From NCBI GenBank assembly GCA_036558385.1, contig DATBFS010000128.1:23732-87731 (forward strand): DNA of 64,000 nt. The letters run 5' to 3'. The translations under genes and the position numbers were made by a program. This document shows, one piece after another, positions 57,086 to 64,000 of this stretch (position 1 is the stretch's first letter; every line of letters starts with the position of its first letter). The notes under the pieces were generated by a model, which worked only from the letters and a program-made list of their open reading frames with translations, was not told the DNA's origin and searched no databases. This stretch comes from Solirubrobacterales bacterium (GTDB lineage Bacteria; Actinomycetota; Thermoleophilia; Solirubrobacterales; 70-9).

Positions 57086-58165
57086 CTACAGGCGATGGCG
57101 CTCGAGGGCCGCCTCGTCGATCTCCACCCCCAACCCGGGGCCGTCGGGCACCCGGAGGAGGCCGTCATACATCTCGCATTCGATCGACGCCACCGTGTCC
57201 GCGAACAGGAGCTGGGTTGCCAGGCCCTGGGCAACGGGCGCGAGGACGCCCTCATCGCGCAGGGCTTGGGCCGCGTGGGCCGCGGCGGCGATCCCGACGG
57301 GGCCATCGAGGGCGCTCGACAGGTAGACGGGGAGCTGGGCGGCGATTCTGCGCACGGGCTCGATGCCGCCCGCCTTGACGAGCTTCGCGGTCGCGAGCTG
57401 GCAGGCGCCGGCGGCGACCGCGCGACCCGCGTCCTCCGGGCTCGCCACGCTCTCGTCGGCGGCGATCGGCACCGCGGTCTGCGAGCGCACCACGGCCAGG
57501 CCCTCCAGGTCCTCGGCGGGCTGCTCCGCGAGCTCGAGCCCGTGGCGCTCCATTGCGGTCAGCCGAATGACGGCCTCCTCGGGCGACCAGACGCCGTTGG
57601 CGTCGACCCTGATCCTCGCCTGGGCCCCGACCTCGGCCCGCACGGCCTCCACCTGGCCGACGTCGCCCGGCACCCCGACCTTGAGCTTGAAGGTCGAAAA
57701 CCCCCGCTCGAGCCAGCGCTCCGCGTCCGCTGCGACCGCCCTCGGAGGTCCCGCCACGAGGGTCGCGTTGCACTCGACAGGCCCGGCCGATGCGGCACCA
57801 AGCACGCGCCACAGCGGGACCCCCGCCAGCTTCGCGGCCAGGTCCAGCCGGGCGACCTCGACCGCGGCGGCGGTCGGAGCCGAGATCGCACCCGAGACCG
57901 GCGACGTCGCGAAACGGCTGTCCAATGGGTCGGCGCCGATCAAGGCGGAGGCAACCGGCTCCCGAAGCTCGCGCAGGACGGTCTCCAGCGAGGCGCCGCC
58001 GCCCCGTAGGGAAAGCGGCACCGCCTCGCCGACTCCCTCGGGGCCCTCGTCGGTTCGCAACCGCACCAGCACCATCTCGCGACGCTCCAGGCGCCCGCGG
58101 GCCGTCACGTAGGGCCGCTCGAACGGGAGCGCGTACGGAATCGCCTCGAGGGAGGTGATCCGCAT
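57086..58165 (-). CDS. menC: o-Succinylbenzoate synthase (enolase superfamily, MR/MLE subgroup)
   Basis: ATG at 58165. MRITSLEAIPYALPF...GVGEAVPL...FKLKVG...RVDANG...LELAEQP...IAADES are the enolase-superfamily metal and acid-base motifs. The function is assigned from the men context. Confidence 0.7.
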   Translation of the reverse strand: MRITSLEAIPYALPFERPYVTARGRLERREMVLVRLRTDEGPEGVGEAVPLSLRGGGASLETVLRELREPVASALIGADPLDSRFATSPVSGAISAPTAAAVEVARLDLAAKLAGVPLWRVLGAASAGPVECNATLVAGPPRAVAADAERWLERGFSTFKLKVGVPGDVGQVEAVRAEVGAQARIRVDANGVWSPEEAVIRLTAMERHGLELAEQPAEDLEGLAVVRSQTAVPIAADESVASPEDAGRAVAAGACQLATAKLVKAGGIEPVRRIAAQLPVYLSSALDGPVGIAAAAHAAQALRDEGVLAPVAQGLATQLLFADTVASIECEMYDGLLRVPDGPGLGVEIDEAALERHRL

Positions 58166-58170
58166 CGACG

Positions 58171-59058
58171 TCAGGCGGCGATCACGAGCCCGCCGGCGAG
58201 CAGCACGCTGAAGGCGGCCAGGAGCGCCCCGGTTCCGGCCAGGGCGGCGTTCAGCGACGGGCCGTCGGCGCGGGTCATGACCGCCTCGAGCGGGCGCCGC
58301 GCGAGCGGCGCCGCGCCCAGCGCGAGGAGGCCCCACGCCGACTCACCGGTGGCCGCCAGCGTGATGGGCACGGCGAGGAAGGCCGCCGCGAGCAGCCCGG
58401 CATAGAGCTGGCGGGTTCGCCGCCGCCCGATCCTCACGGCGAGGGTGCGCTTGCCGGCCCGCTGGTCCGTCTCGATGTCGCGAACGTTGTTCACGACCAG
58501 GATCGCGGTCACCAGGAAGCCGACGGCCAGCGAGAGCCCGAAGGGCAGCCAGTCCAGCCGCCCGAGCTGGACGTAGTAGGAGCCGTTCACCGCGACCAGC
58601 CCGAAGAACAGGAACACGAAGAGCTCGCCCAGGCCCTCGTATCCGTAGGGCCGCGGGCCGCCCGTGTACAGGACACCGGCGAGGATGGACGCCACGCCCA
58701 CGATCAGGATGACGATCCCGGCGACGACGGTCAGGTAGACCCCGGCCGCCACGGCGACGGCGAACGCCACCCATGTGGCCACGAGGACGCGCCGTGGGGC
58801 GACGAGGCCGGACGACGTCACGCGCACCGGCCCCAGCCGGTCGGCGCTGTCCGCTCCGCGCCGTGCGTCCGAGTAGTCGTTGGAGAGGTTGGTCCCCACC
58901 TGGATGAAGACGCTGCCGATCAGGGCGGCGACGAACGCGCCGACGCGGATGTCGTCGCTCGCGTCGACGGCGGCCGCCGTACCGACGAGCACAGGCGCGA
59001 TCGCCGCCGGCAGCGTGCGCGGCCTCGCGGCCATGAGCCAGAGCCTCACCGCCGACAT
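58171..59058 (-). CDS. menA: 1,4-dihydroxy-2-naphthoate polyprenyltransferase
   Basis: UbiA-family polytopic protein with [14 protein letters not shown] (NDxxD) and a second Asp-rich motif, NNVRDIETD. Confidence 0.9.
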   Translation of the reverse strand: MSAVRLWLMAARPRTLPAAIAPVLVGTAAAVDASDDIRVGAFVAALIGSVFIQVGTNLSNDYSDARRGADSADRLGPVRVTSSGLVAPRRVLVATWVAFAVAVAAGVYLTVVAGIVILIVGVASILAGVLYTGGPRPYGYEGLGELFVFLFFGLVAVNGSYYVQLGRLDWLPFGLSLAVGFLVTAILVVNNVRDIETDQRAGKRTLAVRIGRRRTRQLYAGLLAAAFLAVPITLAATGESAWGLLALGAAPLARRPLEAVMTRADGPSLNAALAGTGALLAAFSVLLAGGLVIAA

Positions 59059-59078
59059 GCTCCGCTACGCGTCCCTTA

Positions 59079-59176
59079 CCACTCCGCCGACATGCTCGGC
59101 TTCGCCTCCGCTGTCGGCGGGGTTTGGGCGCTGCCGTGGCGGCAGGACCACACTGACGACCCGCGACTTCGTCGCT
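59079..59176 (+). repeat. Structured intergenic repeat, copy D (subfamily 2), between menA and menB (antisense to their transcription)
   Basis: The stem is CCGCCGACA (59084-59092) paired with TGTCGGCGG (59112-59120), with a 19-nt loop. GGTTTGGG follows, then CGGCAGGACCACA and the shared tail CGCGACTTCGTCGCT. Confidence 0.6.
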
Positions 59177-59188
59177 AGCTCCAACCGC

Positions 59189-60067
59189 TCAAGGGCGCTT
59201 GGGGAACTTCGAGAAGTCGGGGCGCCGGCCCTCGACGTAGGCGTTGCGGCCCTCCTGTCCCTCCTCGGTCATGTAGAACAGGAGCGTCGCGTCGTGGGAG
59301 AGCTGCTGGAGGCCCGAGAGCCCGTCCTCGGCGGCGTTGAAGCTCGCCTTCAGGAGGCGCAGCGAGAGGGGGGAGAGGCTCGACATCTCGCGGCACCACG
59401 CCACGGTCTCGCGCTCGAGGTCCGAGAGCGGAACGACCGCGTTGACCAGCCCCATGTCGAGGGCCTCCTCGGCCCCGTAGAGGCGGCAGAGGAACCAGAT
59501 CTCCTTCGCCCGCTTGACGCCCACGTTCCGCGCCAGAAGGCCGGCTCCGAAGCCGCCGTCGAAGCTCCCCACTCGGGGTCCCGTCTGCCCGAACCTCGCG
59601 TTGTCCGCGGCGATCGTCAGGTCACAGACCAGATGCAGGATGTGCCCGCCGCCCACCGCGTACCCGGCGACCATGGCGACGACGGGCTTCGGGGTGCGAC
59701 GGATCTGCACGTGGAGGTCGCCCACGTCGAGGCGCCCGACGCCCTTCTGCGCAACCTCGTCGTCCCCGATGTAGCCGTCGCTGCCGCGGATCCGCTGGTC
59801 GCCGCCGGAGCAGAAGGCCTCGTCCCCGGCGCCGGTGAAGATGATCGTGGCGACCTCCAGGTCGTCCCGGGCCCGGGCGAAGGCGTCCCGCAGCTCCGCC
59901 AGCGTCTGGGGTCGAAACGCGTTTCGCACCTCCGGGCGATCGATCGTGATCTTGGCGAGGCCATCAGCGCGCTCGTAGCGGATGTCCTCGAACCTTCCCG
60001 CGGATCTCCATTCGATCGGGGCGTAGAGCTCGTCCTCGGACGGTGCGTCCTTGTGGCGGGTCGGCAC
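59189..60067 (-). CDS. menB: 1,4-dihydroxy-2-naphthoyl-CoA synthase
   Basis: [28 protein letters not shown]...[15 protein letters not shown]...[22 protein letters not shown] is the MenB-type crotonase pattern. The start is assigned to the GTG at 60067, because there is no in-frame ATG near the conserved N-terminus. Confidence 0.85.
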   Translation of the reverse strand: MPTRHKDAPSEDELYAPIEWRSAGRFEDIRYERADGLAKITIDRPEVRNAFRPQTLAELRDAFARARDDLEVATIIFTGAGDEAFCSGGDQRIRGSDGYIGDDEVAQKGVGRLDVGDLHVQIRRTPKPVVAMVAGYAVGGGHILHLVCDLTIAADNARFGQTGPRVGSFDGGFGAGLLARNVGVKRAKEIWFLCRLYGAEEALDMGLVNAVVPLSDLERETVAWCREMSSLSPLSLRLLKASFNAAEDGLSGLQQLSHDATLLFYMTEEGQEGRNAYVEGRRPDFSKFPKRP

Positions 60068-60109
60068 GTTCGGGATTATCCATGCGATGGCCCCGGAGGG
60101 CAGACGGCG

Positions 60110-61435
60110 ATGATCCTGGACGACTGGCTCGCGCAGCGCGCGCAGACGAGCCCCGATCGCACCGCGCTCCTCGCCGGCGAGCTCGAGCTGAGCTACAGGG
60201 AGCTGGAGGCGGAGGCGACAAGCGCGGCACGCCGGCTGGCAGCGAGGGGCGTGCGCGCCGAGGCCACCGTCGCCCTCACACGACCGGCGGGCGCGGAGTA
60301 CGTCGTGCTCCTGCACGCGCTGATGAAGCTCGGGGCCGTGGCCTATCCCCTCAACCCCGACTTGGCCGCGCCCGAGCTGGAGGCCCAGCTCGAGCGCGTG
60401 AAGCCCGCCCTGGTGCTGGGGACGGATGACCCCTTGACGATGACCGAGGCCGACCTCCCCCTGTTGGGCGAGCACGACCTCGACGCGATCCACTGCCGCA
60501 TCCTGACCAGCGGCACCTCCGGTGGCGCCCGCGCGGTCGGGCTCACCTATGGAAACCATCTCTGGAGCGCGGTTGGCTCCGCGTTCAACCTCGGGGTCGA
60601 CCCCGCCGACCGCTGGCTGTGCTGCCTTCCGCTCCATCACGTCGCGGGCCTCGAGATCATCCTCCGCTCCGTCATCTACGGCACCGGGGCGATGGTTCAG
60701 GACGGCTTCGATCCGGACGCCGTGGCGGACGCGCTCGAACGCGGGGGGGTGAGCCTGGTCTCGTTGGTGACCACGCAGCTCTCGAGGTTGCTCGAAGCCG
60801 GCGTGGACCTCGCCGCTCCACGGGCGATCCTTGTCGGTGGCGGGCCGGTGCCTCGCGACGTCCTCGAGGAGGCGATCGGACGGGGGGCGAAGGTGGTCCA
60901 GACGTACGGGCTCACCGAGACGGCGTCACAGGTGACCACGCTGGCGCCCGAGGATGCGCGGCGCAAGCTCGGGTCGGCCGGAAGGCCGCTCCTGACGACG
61001 CACCTGCGCATTCAGGAAGGAGAGATCCTGGTCCAGGGCCCCGTGGTGGCGCCGGGGTGCGCCGACGAGGACGGCTGGCTGCACACGGGGGACCTCGGGC
61101 GGATCGACGAGGAGGGGTTCCTCTATGTGGAGGACCGGCTGGGCGACGTCATCGTCTCCGGCGGCGAGAACGTGCTGCCGGCCGAGGTCGAGGAGGTGCT
61201 ACTGCGCCATCCAGAGGTCGCCGACGCGGCGGCGGTCGGCCGCGCGGACGCCGAGTGGCAGGAGGCGGTGACCGCGGTCGTGGTCCTGAGGGACGGCGCC
61301 GCGGCCGACGCGGAGGAGCTGCGACGCCACTGCGCCGGGTCGCTCGCCCCCTACAAGGTGCCGAAGCTCTTCGAGTTCGTCTCCGAGCTACCGCGCACCG
61401 CGTCGGGGAAGCTGGTGCGCCGGGCGCTCAGATGA
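60110..61435 (+). CDS. menE: o-Succinylbenzoate--CoA ligase
   Basis: ATG at 60110. The AMP-binding motif is [13 protein letters not shown], with YGLTE and a C-terminal GKLVRR. It is divergent from menB. The upstream part of the tracked ORF is rejected. Confidence 0.85.
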   Translation: MILDDWLAQRAQTSPDRTALLAGELELSYRELEAEATSAARRLAARGVRAEATVALTRPAGAEYVVLLHALMKLGAVAYPLNPDLAAPELEAQLERVKPALVLGTDDPLTMTEADLPLLGEHDLDAIHCRILTSGTSGGARAVGLTYGNHLWSAVGSAFNLGVDPADRWLCCLPLHHVAGLEIILRSVIYGTGAMVQDGFDPDAVADALERGGVSLVSLVTTQLSRLLEAGVDLAAPRAILVGGGPVPRDVLEEAIGRGAKVVQTYGLTETASQVTTLAPEDARRKLGSAGRPLLTTHLRIQEGEILVQGPVVAPGCADEDGWLHTGDLGRIDEEGFLYVEDRLGDVIVSGGENVLPAEVEEVLLRHPEVADAAAVGRADAEWQEAVTAVVVLRDGAAADAEELRRHCAGSLAPYKVPKLFEFVSELPRTASGKLVRRALR

Positions 61436-61447
61436 GGAGGTAACGAG

Positions 61448-61849
61448 ATGGATCGCTCAGACGTCGCCAGATGGCTCCAGGCCTATGTCGAGGCCTGGAA
61501 GTCGTATGACCGCGCGCGGATCGCGGCGCTGTTCAGCGAGGACGTGCGCTACCGCTTCCACCCCTACGACGAGCCGACCGTGGGACGAGACGCGGTGGTC
61601 GAGGCCTGGCTGGGGGAGGGCGACCACAAGGGCGCTCCCGATCGGGACGCGCCGGGCACCTACGACGCTCGGTACGAGGCGGTCGCCGTCGATGGCGACA
61701 CCGCGGTCGCCACCGGCACCAGCACCTACGTGGTGGAGCCGGGGGGAGCGATCGATGCGGTCTACGACAACAGCTTTGTGGTGCGGTTCGACGAGGAGGG
61801 TCGTTGCCGCGAGTTCACCGAGTGGTACATGAAGCGGCCGGCCTCGTAG
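61448..61849 (+). CDS. SnoaL/NTF2-like fold protein
   Basis: [36 protein letters not shown] is a typical SnoaL-like N-terminus. It is tightly packed between menE and ilvC. Confidence 0.6.
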   Translation: MDRSDVARWLQAYVEAWKSYDRARIAALFSEDVRYRFHPYDEPTVGRDAVVEAWLGEGDHKGAPDRDAPGTYDARYEAVAVDGDTAVATGTSTYVVEPGGAIDAVYDNSFVVRFDEEGRCREFTEWYMKRPAS

Positions 61850-61859
61850 AGTGCCGCGG

Positions 61860-62864
61860 ATGAGCGACGAAGGAATCTTCTACGACGACGAAGCTGACCT
61901 CTCCCTTTTGGAGGGCAAGACCATCGCGATCCTGGGCTACGGATCGCAGGGGCACGCGCACGCCCTCAACCTGAAGGACTCGGGCTGCGAGGTCGTGGTC
62001 GGCCTTCGCTCCGGGTCGGCGAGCCGAGCGGATGCGGAGGAAGCGGGGCTGACGGTGCTGGACGTGGGGGAGGCGGCCAGCCGCGGCGACCTCGTGATGA
62101 TCCTCCTGCCCGACGAGAGACAGGCCGAGGTGTGGGAGCAGGAGATCCGCGATGGGATCGCCCCCGGCGACCTGCTCCTGTTCGCCCACGGCTTCTCCAT
62201 CCACTTCGGCCAGATCGAGCCGCCGCTCGGCGTCGACGTGGGGATGGTCGCCCCCAAGGGCCCTGGCCACCTCGTCCGCCGTCAGTTCGCCGATGGCCGG
62301 GGGGTGCCGTGCCTCATGGCCATCCACCAGGACGAGACGGGCAACGCCCGCGATCTCGTGCTCGCCTACGCGAAGGGGATCGGCGGCACTCGCGCCGGGG
62401 TGATCGAGACCACCTTCAAGGACGAGACCGAGACCGACCTGTTCGGCGAGCAGGCCGTGCTCTGCGGGGGGCTCACTGAGCTGGCTCGTGCCGGCTTCGA
62501 GACCCTGGTCGAGGGAGGCTATGACCCGCGCCTCGCGTACTTCGAGTGCCTGCACGAGCTCAAGCTCATCGTCGACCTGATGTATGAGAAGGGCATTCAG
62601 GGCATGCGCGACTCGATCTCCAATACCGCGGAGTACGGCGACATGACGAGGGGCAAGCGCGTGATCGCGGAGGAGACCCGCGAGGCGATGCGCCAGATCC
62701 TCGCCGACATCCAGTCGGGCGAGTTCGCGCGCGAGTGGATCGCCGAGAATCGCGCGGGTGCGGAGAGCTTCCAGCGAATGCGTGAGGAGGCCGCCGACCA
62801 CCCGGCGGAGAAGGTGGGCACAGAGCTTCGCTCGATGATGCCCTGGATCGCCGGCGGCGACTGA
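61860..62864 (+). CDS. ilvC: Ketol-acid reductoisomerase (class I)
   Basis: [37 protein letters not shown] is the NADP-binding N-terminus. ATG 61860 fits homologs better than the GTG at 61851. Confidence 0.95.
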   Translation: MSDEGIFYDDEADLSLLEGKTIAILGYGSQGHAHALNLKDSGCEVVVGLRSGSASRADAEEAGLTVLDVGEAASRGDLVMILLPDERQAEVWEQEIRDGIAPGDLLLFAHGFSIHFGQIEPPLGVDVGMVAPKGPGHLVRRQFADGRGVPCLMAIHQDETGNARDLVLAYAKGIGGTRAGVIETTFKDETETDLFGEQAVLCGGLTELARAGFETLVEGGYDPRLAYFECLHELKLIVDLMYEKGIQGMRDSISNTAEYGDMTRGKRVIAEETREAMRQILADIQSGEFAREWIAENRAGAESFQRMREEAADHPAEKVGTELRSMMPWIAGGD

Positions 62865-63015
62865 GCCGCAAGCGTTTTCCCACCCGCACGCTCAGGCACG
62901 GATCTGGACGAACGTCCAGTTGCGTCCGCCGATCGACGTGCGATGATCGCGCCGCCCTCAGGTAGTTGACTGTCCGTACCGCCTGCGGGCGACCCCCCAA
63001 CCGAACGGAGGACAG

Positions 63016-63696
63016 ATGACCGAGACGCCCGAGACGCCCAGCGGGCCCGAGCCGACCCCACCGGGCGGTTCCCAGCCCCCGGCGCCACCGCCTCCGCCGC
63101 CGCCTGCGGCCGCCGCGCCGGCGACCGCCGCCGACTATCCGGTGCGCCTCGAGATCGAGCACCAGGAGGAGTACAGCCGGTTCATGCCGCTGATCAAGTG
63201 GCTCTTGGCGATCCCGCACTATCTCGTGCTCCTCGTGCTCGGGATCGGCGCGTTCTTCGTGGTCATCTTCTCCTTCTTCGCGGTTCTGTTCACCGGGCGC
63301 TATCCGCGCGGGATGTTCGACTACATGGTGGGCGTCCACCGGTGGGGGCTGAGGGTCGTCGCGTACACCGATCTGATGGTCGACCCGTACCCGCCGTTCA
63401 CGCTCGCGGACGACCCCGACTACCCGGTGGAGTTCGACATCGAGTACCCGGAGTTCGTGAACCGCTGGCGGCCGCTGGTCCACTGGCTGCTGGTCATTCC
63501 CTACGCGATCGTCGCGTACATCGTCTACTACCTCGGGCGGATCCTGGTGTTTTTCGCGTTCTTCACCATCCTCTTCGCGAAGACCTACCCGGAGGGCATG
63601 TTCAACATCGTCAAGATCAGCCTGCGCTGGATCGCGAGAGCGAGTGCGTACGAGAACTGGATGGTGACGCGCTACCCACCGTTCGTGTGGGACTAG
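63016..63696 (+). CDS. Membrane protein with two tandem DUF4389-like domains and a Pro-rich N-terminus
   Basis: Two internal repeats of the pattern YPV..(E/D)IE....R..PL..WLL.IP......V........FF..LF...YP.GMF.......RW......Y....V..YPPF. Confidence 0.7.
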   Translation: MTETPETPSGPEPTPPGGSQPPAPPPPPPPAAAAPATAADYPVRLEIEHQEEYSRFMPLIKWLLAIPHYLVLLVLGIGAFFVVIFSFFAVLFTGRYPRGMFDYMVGVHRWGLRVVAYTDLMVDPYPPFTLADDPDYPVEFDIEYPEFVNRWRPLVHWLLVIPYAIVAYIVYYLGRILVFFAFFTILFAKTYPEGMFNIVKISLRWIARASAYENWMVTRYPPFVWD

Positions 63697-63777
63697 CAGG
63701 AAAAGCACGCGCGCCTGCGTTCTTGAGCCGCTCGGCCTGAAAACCCAGGGGCCAGCCAAGTAGGAGGGACCGGTTGG

Positions 63778-64000
63778 ATGAGCGATCTCGCAGCGACGTT
63801 CGATGCCCACATGCGAGCCGAGTTCCAGGATCTCGACCTGGAGGCGACCATGGCCACCATGGCCGATGATCCCCACGTTCACCACGTCCCGACGATCACC
63901 GGAGGTAACGGGTCCGCGGGCGTGCGGGAGTTCTACGAGAACCACTTCATCGGCCAATGGCCCGACGACACGGAGGCGCGACCGATCTCGAGGACGATCG
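63778..64000 (+). CDS. SnoaL-like / ester-cyclase-like protein, N-terminal fragment (runs off the window end)
   Basis: The ATG at 63778 has GGAGGGA upstream. MSDLAATFDAHMRAEFQDLDLEATMATMADDPHVHHVPTITGGNGSAGVREFYENHF resembles NTF2-like proteins. The gene is truncated by the window. Confidence 0.5.
   Translation, partial: MSDLAATFDAHMRAEFQDLDLEATMATMADDPHVHHVPTITGGNGSAGVREFYENHFIGQWPDDTEARPISRTI

Noticed and set aside
59964-60230. An 88-aa minus-strand ORF starting with an ATG in the menB/menE divergent region
   Set aside because: It is out of frame with the conserved MenB sequence and translates to Arg/Pro-rich sequence. The MenB frame requires the GTG at 60067 instead.
62904-62919. CTGGACG-aa-CGTCCAG hairpin followed by TTG as the ilvC intrinsic terminator
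   Set aside because: A 2-nt loop is sterically implausible, so the effective stem is about 5 bp. The T-tract is only two residues. It is mentioned under the DUF4389 finding but not called as a feature.

Overview
This is a very GC-rich stretch of chromosome (roughly 70% by eye, not computed). The gene content looks like Actinomycetota, and a Thermoleophilia/Rubrobacteria-like origin is only an inference. I found no rRNA, tRNA, CRISPR array, transposase, integrase or prophage signature.

The backbone is housekeeping: argG, dnaE, nfo, gltX, cysK-cysE, pcrA, folD, gatCAB, ilvBN, a complete-looking menaquinone cluster (menF, menD, menC, menA, menB, menE) and ilvC.

Accessory content falls into five groups:
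1. Cell-envelope glycan machinery split over two loci. Locus 1 (1-5.7 kb) has a flippase, two GT4 enzymes, a Wzy/O-antigen-ligase-like protein and a BY-kinase. Locus 2 (17.6-23.6 kb) has a priming phosphoglycosyl transferase, a Wzy-like/TPR protein and an epimerase.
2. A dense signalling island (11.7-19.7 kb). It holds an HD-GYP protein, a BldC-like HTH, a degenerate GGDEF protein, a SpoIIE-HATPase fusion with a STAS partner, a LuxR-GAF regulator and a PAS-LuxR regulator. It also holds a very small LPXTG-type sortase substrate.
3. A cyclic-di-AMP (ydaO-class) riboswitch in front of an Rpf-type muralytic protein.
4. An orphan UDP-sulfoquinovose synthase gene (sqdB). It is divergently paired with a membrane-anchored GT2 and followed by a secreted FG-GAP protein. 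I consider this the best candidate for an undescribed system: sulfoquinovose used outside the classical SQDG lipid pathway.
5. Non-coding structure not explained by genes. There is a four-copy family of structured intergenic repeats with compensatory stem changes. There is also a 207-bp element bounded by perfect 15-bp inverted repeats.

Many long ORFs in the six-frame track are alternative-frame or antisense artefacts typical of high-GC DNA and were not called. All homology statements rest on recognising motifs by eye; no searches were run.
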